Source: Octopus sinensis (lineage: Eukaryota). Taken from it: a stretch of 64,000 bases of DNA. The DNA is taken from positions 11,222,001 through 11,286,000 of the forward strand of contig NC_043026.1 in NCBI RefSeq assembly GCF_006345805.1, given 5' to 3'. Made by a program: the position numbers and the translations under genes. The notes below the pieces were generated by a model. That model was given only the letters and a program-made list of their open reading frames with translations. It was not told where the DNA came from and did not search any database. Position 1 is the first letter of the stretch; every line of letters starts with the position of its first letter. This document shows, one piece after another, positions 36,381 to 48,300 of this stretch.

Positions 36381-38359
36381 AATATTATAAGACAAAGAGG
36401 ATACTTAAAAAGTAGTGGAACAATCTCTAGTCATCAAATACACTCCCCACCTCTTCCCCGCCTTCCATCCAACTCATTTTCATCATTGATCACCTCTCCT
36501 CCATTCACTACATTCACCCTTTTACCCTATCCAATCTCTGGCCATCATCTTCTCTGCCCTATATTTTACTTATATCTAACGAGTCCTCATTACCCACAAG
36601 AATTTCATTTGTACCCCACTTGGGATAATTTACCCTAGTTCACCGACCCCTATTCTATAGGGTTACCATGAAATCACAACAAAAAGAACATTATAAGACA
36701 AAGAAGATACTTAAAAAATAATGGAACAATCCCTAGTCATCAAATACACTCCCCTCCACTCCCCCACCTTCCATCCAACTCATTTTCATCATCGATCACC
36801 TCTCCTCCATTCACTACATTCACCCTTTTACCCTATCCAATCTCTGCCCATCATCTTCTCTGCCCTATATTTTACTTATATCTAACGAGTCCTCATTACC
36901 CACAAGAATTTCATTTGTACCCCACTTAGGATAATTTACCCTAGTTCACTGACCCCTGTTCTATAGGGTTACCATGTATGTGATGGTGCGGAAGGTTACC
37001 CAAGTCCCAAGCACATATATTCTCTCATAATATATTGTTATATCATCACACGTGACAAGGAGATTCATTATTTGAAGATGTTGTTTATCCTAACACTCAG
37101 GAATACATTAATTTTCAAATTTCAACAGATTTTTAAAATCTTATCGATGATATGTTTACTAATTAATTATACTGTTTTATTCCCATTTCGCTAAATAATT
37201 ACGTTGCTTTATTCATACATATTACTTATTAATTTACTTTACAACAAAGGTAACCGTCGATCAAAGGGTTTCTGAAAAATAACAGACCAACATTTCACTT
37301 ACAAAGTTATTATCTAAGACGAGGAACTGGGACGGGACAGAATGAAGTGTTTTTACTGCATTTGTGAACATGAGACAAAATATACTTTTACAAATGTTCT
37401 CTACCTTACAAAAACTATACCGGCCAAGCAAATGCCCTTCCCTAAATGTAGTAAAAGTATCATAACATAATCTGAACACTATTTCAGAAAATTATCGTCG
37501 TTTTTTTTGTGTGTGTTTTAGAGCATAAAAAAGACAAATTTAGCTGGGGCAAAATAATGAAATTTGTCGTGCCAGTTCTCCAGAAAACAAACTCATACAC
37601 ATTAATATCCCTCCCTAGACATAAGAAATAATGATGCAATACGCGCGATGTAATGATTTCAAACACTTAGGAAGAAAATAACGAGAAATCAGAAATTACT
37701 CGTTTTGCCCCGTTTGTAAATTTTATCCCAGACCCTATATTTACGTCTATTGTAACGTGTTTTCACTTCGACATAATTACTGTAACGAGGAAGGGTTCAT
37801 ATAATTCTACAACTATTATTATCATCATTATTATTATTATTATTATCAAGTTTCACTTGAAAAGGAAGATGAGAGTAGAGAGAGAAGTGCTGTCTGGTAG
37901 CAAGTTTATTGAAAGGTGGATAAATGTCGCAAGTATGAACGGACCAATTCTGAGGATACACCTGTGAAAAATTAAAAGGAAATATATAAAAGGAGAAAGG
38001 GGCTCTCTATCCCGCTTTTGACCAGGCTCCCGTGGCTTTTATGGGGTTTTCCACAAGTAACCTTTCGAAGCACCTCCCCCTTTTGGGAGTTTTAATTGTT
38101 ACTTATATTTCATTGTAAAGTATACTAGCCATCTCAATATGGCTAACCACTAAGGGTGGGTGTTACTGTAGCTTTTAGCCCCAGCTGGCTTTAGGCACAC
38201 TTTCTGTGCCCTTATGGTATTTGTAAAGGTGTTACATCTCGTTCAGAGATTTATTATTGCTTATATTTCATTGTTATCCTGCTTTTGTACACGGACTTTT
38301 TTCAAACGGACAAAACCCTTTGTAACTTTCGTTCTGTGTTTTAAATAATAATAATAAAC

Positions 38360-38590
38360 ATTGTGTACAGTGCTCAGGTGCACTACAACTCATCTAAAGT
38401 GCATATATAATCAGGTGTAGTTTCGGCGGATTTCGGGAAGCATGAGGGCCTTAAAGGATGCAGGGTCATGGCAGTCAACAACTGACGCAGGCAGTTTGTT
38501 CCATGCTTCAGCAACTCTGAGCGTGAAGAAATGTTTCCGAAAGTCATGGGAGCTGTGCTGCTTTCTGACTTTGTAGGCATGTCCACGTGT
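38360..38590 (-). mobile_element. CR1 3' fragment
   Basis: RGHAYKVRKQHSSHDFRKHFFTLRVAEAWNKLPASVV. Confidence 0.85.
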
Positions 38591-39033
38591 CCCTTTATGT
38601 TTTAATTGATTTTTGTTAGCCCTTGTGGCCAATAAACGAACGAATTATCATCATTATTATTATTATTAAAGCCTTAAAAATAAACCTTTGTCAACCTACC
38701 GCTTTCGTGCAATAACATCGAGTCAGTGCTCCATGAACAGCAAAAGTAATTATAAAACGGTTATCTGCACCGTCTATAGCAAGATCTTGCATGAATACTT
38801 GTATATTTCTTCTTACCTCCTCCAGGTAATTTCAGACGCAAAATATGCCGAGTGCTGTCGCGTATGTGTTAGGAGGATAGCTTCTTTTACTTAAAACAGC
38901 AGGGAGTTCGATACGATCGTCTCATTAAAGAGAGGCTTTCGGAACACCGGTGTTTCCACATATTGTATCTTGTGAAGGAGAAGTAGCCGGAACTTTGAGA
39001 CTAGCAAAAGACGAAGGCTTTTTGTCTACGCTA

Positions 39034-39836
39034 TCTCTTTTACTCTTTTACTTGTTTCAGTCACTTGACTGCGGCCGTGCAGGAGCACCGCCTTTAGTCG
39101 AACAAATCGACCACCAGGACTTATTCTTTGTAAGCCTAGTACTTATTCTATCGGTCATTTTTGCCGAACCGCTAAGTTACAGGGACGTAAACACACCAGC
39201 ATCGGTTGTCAAGCGATGTTGGGGGGGGGGGCAAACACAGACACGCAAACATATACACACACACACATACATACATACATATGTATATATATATATATAC
39301 ATATATACGATGGGCTTCTTTCAGTTTCCGTCTACCAAATCCATTCACAAGGCTTTGGTCAGCCTGAGGCTAGGGTAAAAGACACTTGCCCAAGGTGCCA
39401 CACAGTGGGACTGAACCTGGAACGATGTGGTTCATAAGCAAGCTACTTACCACACAGCCATGAGAGACTTTGCAAATGAGAATGGAATACTCGGTAGTGA
39501 GTTTGCGAGAAAAGGCTTTGGTCAGCCCGAGGCTATAGTAGAAGGGATAATAGTAGAAGCTGTCCAATGTTCCACACACTGGAATTGAACCTGGAGTTGC
39601 TTTATGTTTTTAATTAGTGGGCTGCAGAATAGAATGAAAAAAAGAATGTTGGTAAGAATATTTAATAAGCAGGAGTGGCTGTGTGGTAAGTAGCTTGCTA
39701 ACCAACCACATGGTTCCGGGTTCAGTCCCACTGCGTGGCATCTTGTGCAAGTGTCTTCTGCTATAGCCTCGGGCCGACCAATGCCTTGTGAGTGGATTTG
39801 GCAGACGGAAACTGAAAGAAGCCTGTCTTATATATG

Positions 39837-39873
<37 letters not shown>

Positions 39874-39890
39874 ATGTGTGTGTGTGTGTG

Positions 39891-39922
<32 letters not shown>

Positions 39923-40464
39923 ATGTGTTTGTGTGTCTGTGATTGTTCCCCTAGCATTGCTTGACAACCGATGCTGGTGTGTTTACGTCCCCGTCACTTA
40001 GCGTTTCGGCAAAAGAGACCAATAGAATAAGTACTGGGCTTACAAAGAATAAGACCCGGGGTCGATTTGCTCGACTAAAGGCGGTGCTCCAGCATGGCCG
40101 CAGTCAAATGGCTGAAACAAGTAAAAGAGAGAAAAGAGAGAGAAGTAGATAATATAATTTTTAGTAAATAATAATTCAAAATAATTAACAAAACAATCAC
40201 AAAAGTGGTTTTGGTGAATGTGTGGCTTTATACTGAACAAAGCAAAAACAAAACACTTCAGTTGTACAGGGTGTGTAAATGAATGTGTTATTAGTTGCGA
40301 AGAGGTTGAATTATGACTGTTTCCAGTCTTGAGGCAGCTTAACCATTATGACACAAAGCTGGATTGTTATGTCTTAAGAGGGAGGAAGTGAAGATAAAAT
40401 CGAAATAGCGACAATCAAATGATTTGAAAGTCATTATTTGAAGAGAGAGTGATGGAGAGAGGGT

Positions 40465-40514
<50 letters not shown>

Positions 40515-41657
40515 TAAAGAATAAATAGGAAAACAAGAACGAAAACAATCCATAAACTGTTGAACTGGTTTCCAATATACATTTGGGATTATCATATTTC
40601 AAGACCTGGTATCACAACAATACAGACTAGACTGACTCTGGTTGGTTGGTTGGCTGGTTGGTTGGTTGGTACATACATGCATATACATATATATATATAA
40701 GCGCAGGAGTGGCTGTGTGGTAAGTAGCTTGTTTGCCAACCACATAGTTCCAGGTTCAGTCCCACTGCGTGGCACCTTGGGCAAGTGCCTTCTACTATAG
40801 CCCCGGGCCGACCAATGCCTTGTGAGTGGATTTGGTAGACGGAAACTGAAAGAAGCCTGTCGTATATATGTATGTATATATATATGCATGTGTGTGTTTG
40901 TGTGTCTGTGTTTGTCCCCCTAGCATTGCTTGACAACCGATGCTGGTGTGTTTATGGTGTGTTTACTTAGCGGTTCTGCAAAAAAGAGACCAATAGAATA
41001 AGTACTGGGCTTACAAAAGAATAAGTCCCGGGGTCGAGTTGCTCGATTAAAGGCGGTGCTCCAGCATGGCCGCAGTCAAATGACTGAAACAAGTAAAAAA
41101 GTAAAAGAGAGTAAAGAGTATATTAATTTCGGGAAGTGAGAGGGGAAAAAAGAACAAGAATTGTGTGTGTGTGTATGACATATAAAACAAAGGCTTTATT
41201 ACATACACATCATGTAATTTTGAACTCAAATGTACAAAAACAAAATTATGAGGGCCTACTTGACCTAAGAACATCAGATAATGGGGTCCTTGACTGTTTT
41301 GAATAATAAGTAGCTTATGATTATCCTATTGTACTACATGCATGCATATATGTGTGTGTGTGTATACATATGTATTGCATGTGTGTATATATATATATAT
41401 GTATATGTATATATACATACATATACTCTTTTTCTTTTTCTTTTTTTACTCTTTTTACTTGTTTCAGTCATTTAACTGTGGCCATGCTGGAGCACCGCCT
41501 TTAATCGAGCAAATCGGACCCCGGGACTTATTCTTTGTAAGCCTAGTACTTATTCTATCGGTCTCTTTTGCCGAACTGCTTAGTGACAGGGACATAAACA
41601 CACCAACATTAGTTGTCAAGCAATGCTAGGGGGACAAACACAGACACACAAACACAT

Positions 41658-41688
<31 letters not shown>

Positions 41689-42950
41689 CATATATACGAC
41701 AGTCTTCTTTCAGTTTCCGTCTACCAAATCCACTCACAAGGCATTGGTCGGCCCGGGGTTATAGCAGATGACACTTGCCCAAGATGCCACGCAGTGGGAC
41801 TGAACCCTGAACCATGTGGTTGGTTCGCAAGCTACTTACCACACAGCCACTCCGGTGCCTATATGTATATATTCTTTTATTTTTTTATTTGTTTCAGTCA
41901 TTTGACTGTGGCCATGCTGGAGCACCACCTTTAGTCAAACAAATCAACCCCAGGGCTTATTCTTTGTAAGCCTAGTACTTATTCTCTGGCTCTTTTTGCC
42001 GAACCGCTAAGTTACAGAGACGTAAACACACCAATATCGGTTGTCAAGCAATGGTGAGGGGACAAACACAGACACACAAACATATATATACATATATATA
42101 TATATGACAGGCTTCTTTCAGTTTCTCTCTACCAAATCCCCACATAAGGCATTGGTCAGCCTGAGGCTATAATAGATGACATTTGCCCAAGGTGCCATGC
42201 AGTGGGACTGAACCCAGAACCATGTGGTTGGTAAGCAAGCTACTTACCACACGGCCACATGTCTGTGTATATATATATTTGTGTACATATGTATATGTGT
42301 GTATGTTTGTATAAAAATGTATGTGTATACACACGCTCATATATATTCGTTAGAGGAGCGGCGGAATAGTAATGGTGGTGAAGCTGGAGATGGCATAATC
42401 ATACAAAGAAAGAAAGAAAGAAAGGATGAAAGAAGTGAATGGGAGGAGGAAGAGGAGAGAAATATATTGTTTAATCGAGCAAATCGGACCCCGGGACTTA
42501 TTCTTTGTAAGCCTACTACTTATTCTATCGGTCTCTTTTGCCGAACCGATACGTTTACAGGGATGTAAACACACCAGCATCAGTTGTCGAGCGATGCTGG
42601 GGGGACAAGCACACACACACACAAACACACACACATACACATATATATATAAATATATACATATATACGACAGGCTTCTTTCAGTTTCCGTCTACCAAAT
42701 TCACTCACAAGGCATTGGTCGGCCCGGGGCTATAGCAGAAGACACTTGCCCAAGGTGCCACGCAGTGGGACTGAACCTGGAACCATGTGGTTGGTAAACA
42801 AGCTACTTACCACACAGCCACTCCTGCGCCTATCTATCTATATATTGTCAATAAATTCTAGCCCAAGACACTTGCCCAAGATGCCACGCAGTGGGACTGA
42901 ACCCGGAACCATGTGGTTGGTTAGCAAGCTACTTACCACACAGCCACTCC
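39034..42950. mobile_element. Dense cluster of SINE-B copies (about 39034-39460 -, 39669-40130 +, 40701-41110 +, 41444-41862 -, 41885-42258 -, 42470-42835 -, 42861-42950 -)
   Basis: Repeated family head and tail in both orientations. Confidence 0.85.
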
Positions 42951-43299
42951 TCTGTGTGAATTGTCTATGTAAAATGTTTGACCTAGACACTATAACACAC
43001 AAACCTGCGCACGCACACACACAACCACATCCGTATGCACTACAACATACACATGGAAAGACACTACAACATACATACACATACATTTAAACAAAGCTAC
43101 ACATAGACGCATATGTAGAAGGTGATGCCCGCTCCTTCCTGATGTGCTTTAAGTAACACCACAACTGCGGCATTCTCTGTTTCAACGAAGAGACTTTACA
43201 TGATATTCCCGAGAGAGAAAACTTCAGGCTGAAATTTGAATATTGTTGACTTGGGTAAATATTATTGTGATTATTATTTTAATTAATATAATAATGAAA

Positions 43300-43650
43300 T
43301 TATTGTATAGCAGTGCTCAGGTGCACCACAACTTGTCAGAAAGTGCGTATAAAGTATATGTAGTAATGTACGAATGTCTGGAAAGCGAACAATGTATGAG
43401 TCAGATACATGCTTGTGTGTGTATGGAGGGTAGAAAATCAAGTGTAGTGTTGGCGAATCTCAGAAAGCATGGAAGTTTTGAAGGATGCAGTGCTCCAACA
43501 ACTAACAACTGATGCCGGCAGTTTGTTCCATGTTTCAGCAACTCTTAGCGTGAAAAAATGTTTCCGAAAGTCATGGGAGCTGTGCTGTTTTCTGATTTTG
43601 TAAACATGTCCACGGGTGTTAGATGGGTGGAGTTTGAATAGGTGCTCAAT
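43300..43650 (-). mobile_element. CR1 3' fragment
   Basis: Same family as above, monomer. Confidence 0.85.
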
Positions 43651-44097
43651 TTACCCACTACACTCAATACATGAGTGTAGTGGGTGCTTAACAATTTACT
43701 AACTCATTTGCTTTGTTAAAGAATCATTAGAACTATTTCAAACATAAATATACCGTTATATTCAAAAAATATTTTTATTTTCAGACAGTATTTTATAAGA
43801 CTAGAAACTGTTATAATATTTTACAGTGTCACATTACATTTACAGAATATAATATGAAATATAGTACGTCTATATATTTGTTGTGCAAGATTTTTTACGT
43901 GAAGTCGTGTGTTGAAACAGATATTGTGTGTTTTTATTGGCTAAACTGGCAAAATGACCATTCCGAAATATAACAATATGAAATATAGTTTGGTTTAAAC
44001 TAGGAAAAATCCATTCGATGGAAATGAAAGGAGTGAAAATATTCAATTAATTAAACAGCATTTTAGGTAGTTTACAATGATTTCTAATTCTGGAGTC

Positions 44098-44460
44098 ATC
44101 ATCATCATCATTGTTTAACGTCCGTTTTCCATGTTAGCATGGGTTGGACGGTTCAACTGGGGTCTGGGAAGCCAGGAGGCTGCACCAGGCTCCAGTCTGA
44201 TCTGGCAGTGTTTCTACAGCTGGATGCCCTTCCTAATGCCAACTACTCCGTGAGTGTAGTGGGTGCTTTTTACATGCCACTGGCAGAGGGGCCACAGGAG
44301 GCTGGCAACGGCCACGATTGATTGGTGCTTTTTACGTGCCACTGGCACGTAGGCCAGTCGGGGCGGCACTGGCAACAGCCACGTTCGGATGGTTCTTTTA
44401 CATGCCACCAGCACTGGTATCACAACTACAATTTCCATTGATTTTTGAGCGATTTCGATT
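44098..44460 (-). mobile_element. Family C retroposon
   Basis: (CAT)n start on the + strand, body, three diverged units, then the upstream segment AAATCAATGGAAATTGTAG also seen near 14010. Confidence 0.75.
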
Positions 44461-45295
44461 TCAAAATTTGTAAATCAATTAAATTAATTGGTTATTTTTC
44501 GTAAACTCTATTTTTTAAAAGCTTAATCAAGGGGAATTGGACCCTGTGTAAGAGCCATTATTTTTCCAGGGTTTCAAGACTGGTAGGAAGAAGGCATTCT
44601 CAAAACAAGAGACCTAACATGAATGCATGCAACAGAAAAATCCTCTGTTAAAAGGAGGCCAAAGGACAGGTGGTTGTGTGAAAATAGGCTGTAGTCTACC
44701 ACATAGGGATTTGAACTCAGATCACAAAGAACCACATTAAATACACAGCAAAGATGCTGCAGTGTGGTTAGGGAGACTTGGCTGTTGTTTCTAAAAGGAC
44801 GAGTGCTACTGGAAAGGCTCCCTTGCCAACAAATATTGATTCCCATGTAAAAATTTTCCCTATGAAATTGAGTGGTGGGGTGGAGTGGAATTTCTCTGTG
44901 AAATTGGAGGGGGGGAATTTCCGAGGGTCTCACCCCACCCGCTATTTTCTGGACCAGAACAGCTCACATATATACGACAGGCTTCTTTCAGTTTCCGTCT
45001 ACCAAATCCACTCACAAGGCATTGGTCGGCCCAGGGCTATAGCAGAAGACACTTGCCCAAGATGCCACACAGTGGGACTGAACCCGGAACCATGTGGTTG
45101 GTAAGCAAGCTACTTACCACACAGCCACTCCTGCGCCTATCGTAGTTAATTCTAAATTTTAGTTTTCTAGTGAATGATATTCTAGTGTATAGTAATTTTA
45201 TTCGGTTACAGAAATACATAAATGTTTTGTTTGCATGTTTAAAATAATGAAGCAAACATCATCTCCCTGAAACTTTAATATTTTCAGAAAAGCTA

Positions 45296-45321
45296 AATGT
45301 TTTCTTTATATTTCATTATAG
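45296..45321 (+). promoter_or_regulatory. Putative 3' splice acceptor upstream of the 1804-aa CDS
   Basis: TTTTCTTTATATTTCATTATAG|ATTCACTATG. Confidence 0.6.
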
Positions 45322-45328
45322 ATTCACT

Positions 45329-48300
45329 ATGGAAGATCAAACAGAAAATACTTTAAGAACACACAAATCTCTGAAAAGAGATTCCTGTGACTCAACAACA
45401 AGTGTTGATGGAGTCTACAATCAAAAGTGTATATACTGGAGGAGAGAGATGTTACAGACACAACCTTCATCTCAGTCAATAACAAAACAAAAACGATGTA
45501 AAGAAGACCGTAAAAAGAGGGAAATAACTGGAAGACGAGGTGTTTTCGATAAGCACATATATTATACAAGATGCGATGCATATGAAGACAAAATTAAAAT
45601 GTTGATAAACTTCCAGGAAAAAATATGTACTTTTTTGAAACACATAGGACTGGATAAAAATGATTTCCTACAAGAATATACACAGAGAATAGATATTTTG
45701 ATGAAAGACATTCAGAAATACAATTACAATGAAGACTTTATTATTTTGGCAAAACTTGAATTGTTCTTGAAACACTATTTAAAGACAAATGTTTTACAAG
45801 ACAAACACAAGACCATTGAGGCACCAAAATTAATCAACAAATTTCGACCTCTTTCTCCAGTTGTAATCAGAGAAGCAAGGATCGATGAATCTGAAGATAC
45901 TGGTAACAACATAATATCCAATATTGTTGCAATACAAGGGGGAGTAGTAACATATTCCCACCATTGTATGACAATATGTTGTATGACAAGAAACGGTGAC
46001 AGAAATATTGTTCATTGCCCATCTTCTGCCACCGATTTCACCAGAATTGCTCAAGGCACTGTTCTGGCCACCCTACCCTTTAGAAAAACTATTCTTATTA
46101 TTAATTCCGTAAGCTTTAAAATCAAAACGCTTCCGTTTGGTTTCTATAAGGTTTCTTACCTAGAACATTCTATATTTGTGGGTGTAGAAATGTTTGCGAA
46201 GACAATTTACCTTGTGAACTGGGTTGATATGAGAATTAAAAATAAATTCAATACAAAAGAAATACCTGCAGATATTGCTGTAGGTCCACAGAATAACCTA
46301 TTAATATCGTTTTCCAATATTAATAGAGTTATCTGTTACAATCTGGATGGCCAGCAATTATTTGAGGTCATCACTAATTCTCTGGACCTAGCAACCAACA
46401 TCACTGCATACAAAGATAATTTCTATGTCCTTCAGGGACATATTATTTATAAAATTTCAGCTACAGGTCGTGTGGCAAAGAGAGATGTTGGCAGGAAATG
46501 CCGGCATATTTCTGTTGGAACTGATACTATTTTAGCAACAGATTATTTTGGTGTTGCTCACATCATCAGAACAGACAAAGATTTTTGGCCCAAGCTCTCT
46601 TACACTCAACAGCTACGTACCCCCAGTTTGAACAATCATATTTATATTGAAGATTGCTACAACATAACAAACATTCTACCAATGTCAATATTTTCTATAT
46701 TAGTAATCTACAATAATAAGAAAATTATATTATTCGCTGATACTGGGGAAATAATTAACCAAAATGATCTAACCTTCCTTGAGATTCCTTCTATCGTTTG
46801 TAGATTCAACACAAATAACTTTCTGGTGTTTTACCGCGAAATGAAAGGGCTTCAGTTTATCACCTGTCCTGAACTAAAAAAAGGACCTTTAATAAGGGTC
46901 CACACTGAATACATTGAAATATGTCATATCGTATCAAATAAGGTTTTAGCTCTGACCACCAATGAGAACAAAGATGAGGTACATATTCTGTTGATCAAGG
47001 AGGACAAAGTAGACATCATAGAAAGAATTTCTCTGGGACATGAAAATGTCACCATCGCTGCAACTCCATATAATTTTGTAGTTGTCAACGGAAGGAAAAA
47101 TAAACTGGTATTCTATTCCACATCAGGTGAAGAACTTTTTGAAAAATACCTTCCATTCTATGGCTTCCCTCATCACATCTACACAGATAATGTTTATTTT
47201 TATGTCCTGTTCAAAAGAGAGTCTGTTGTCGTATGTTACAGTATGTTTGGAGAAATGAAATGGCAGTGGAAACTACCTTTCCCTGTTTACCCTCACATTG
47301 CTGTTTTCCAAGGAACAGTTTATGTGCCGGATGTCGAATTCCACAGGATTCTTCTTTACAGGCATCACGACTGGTCTAGCTGTTGTTTACATGTCAAAAA
47401 TCCTTATATCAGAAATCTAAATCTACGACTCAAAGAAAAGGAAAATGACAAACTTCTCATTGCCAAAATACGTCATCTGGCAAATGGAGAGTTGGTGGTG
47501 TCCGACATAAATAATGATCGCTTGTTATACATTTCTAATGAAGGAGACATTGTGTTCAAATTATCTCTGCCATCTACTGCTACAGACATATGTCGATGGG
47601 ATTCTAATCATATAGGTGTTACATTACCCCTAGAGAAACAATTAAGGGTTATCGGAAACCTATCAAAAGCAGTTAGAACTGTGCTATTAAGACAGCCTTA
47701 TGTACGGGTGTGTAAGTTGGGTGAAGGTCAAATTGTTTGTTATTGTGATAAACCATCTCATTTAGATATTTTAGCCATTAATAAATATAATCAAGTTGAA
47801 ATAATTCATAGAATTGATATTCCTTTTGTAGTGAAATCATTAGAAATAGAAAAAGAAACGCTAAAGCTATTAATTGTGACAAAGCGAAAAGTTTTTCAGT
47901 ACAACACTAGAATAGGTGGTGGTGGTCATGCTTATGGTAGACATGGTCGTCGTCCTCATCGTCATGGTCATCATTGCTGTAATATTAAGATGGTCCCCAG
48001 TATTTTACTGTCCCAAGTGAAACCTCCCCCCAATTTCTTTGGTGGATCCATTGATAAAATGTTTGTTTATCTGATAGAGAATGGTCGTATGTTTGCTTTA
48101 AAGAAGCATAATTTGTTCGTTAATGATCTCATTACAAATAATCAACTTAATATTAATATCGACCTGGTAGATGTATTTTCCAGAAACATTTCTGTCAGTG
48201 AAATGTTGTCTTCTACTTTATATCTACAGGATCTGACAGTTTCTGATAAAGCCAGACATATTCATGTCCCTCAAGGTTTTGGAGACAGACGACCAGTGAG

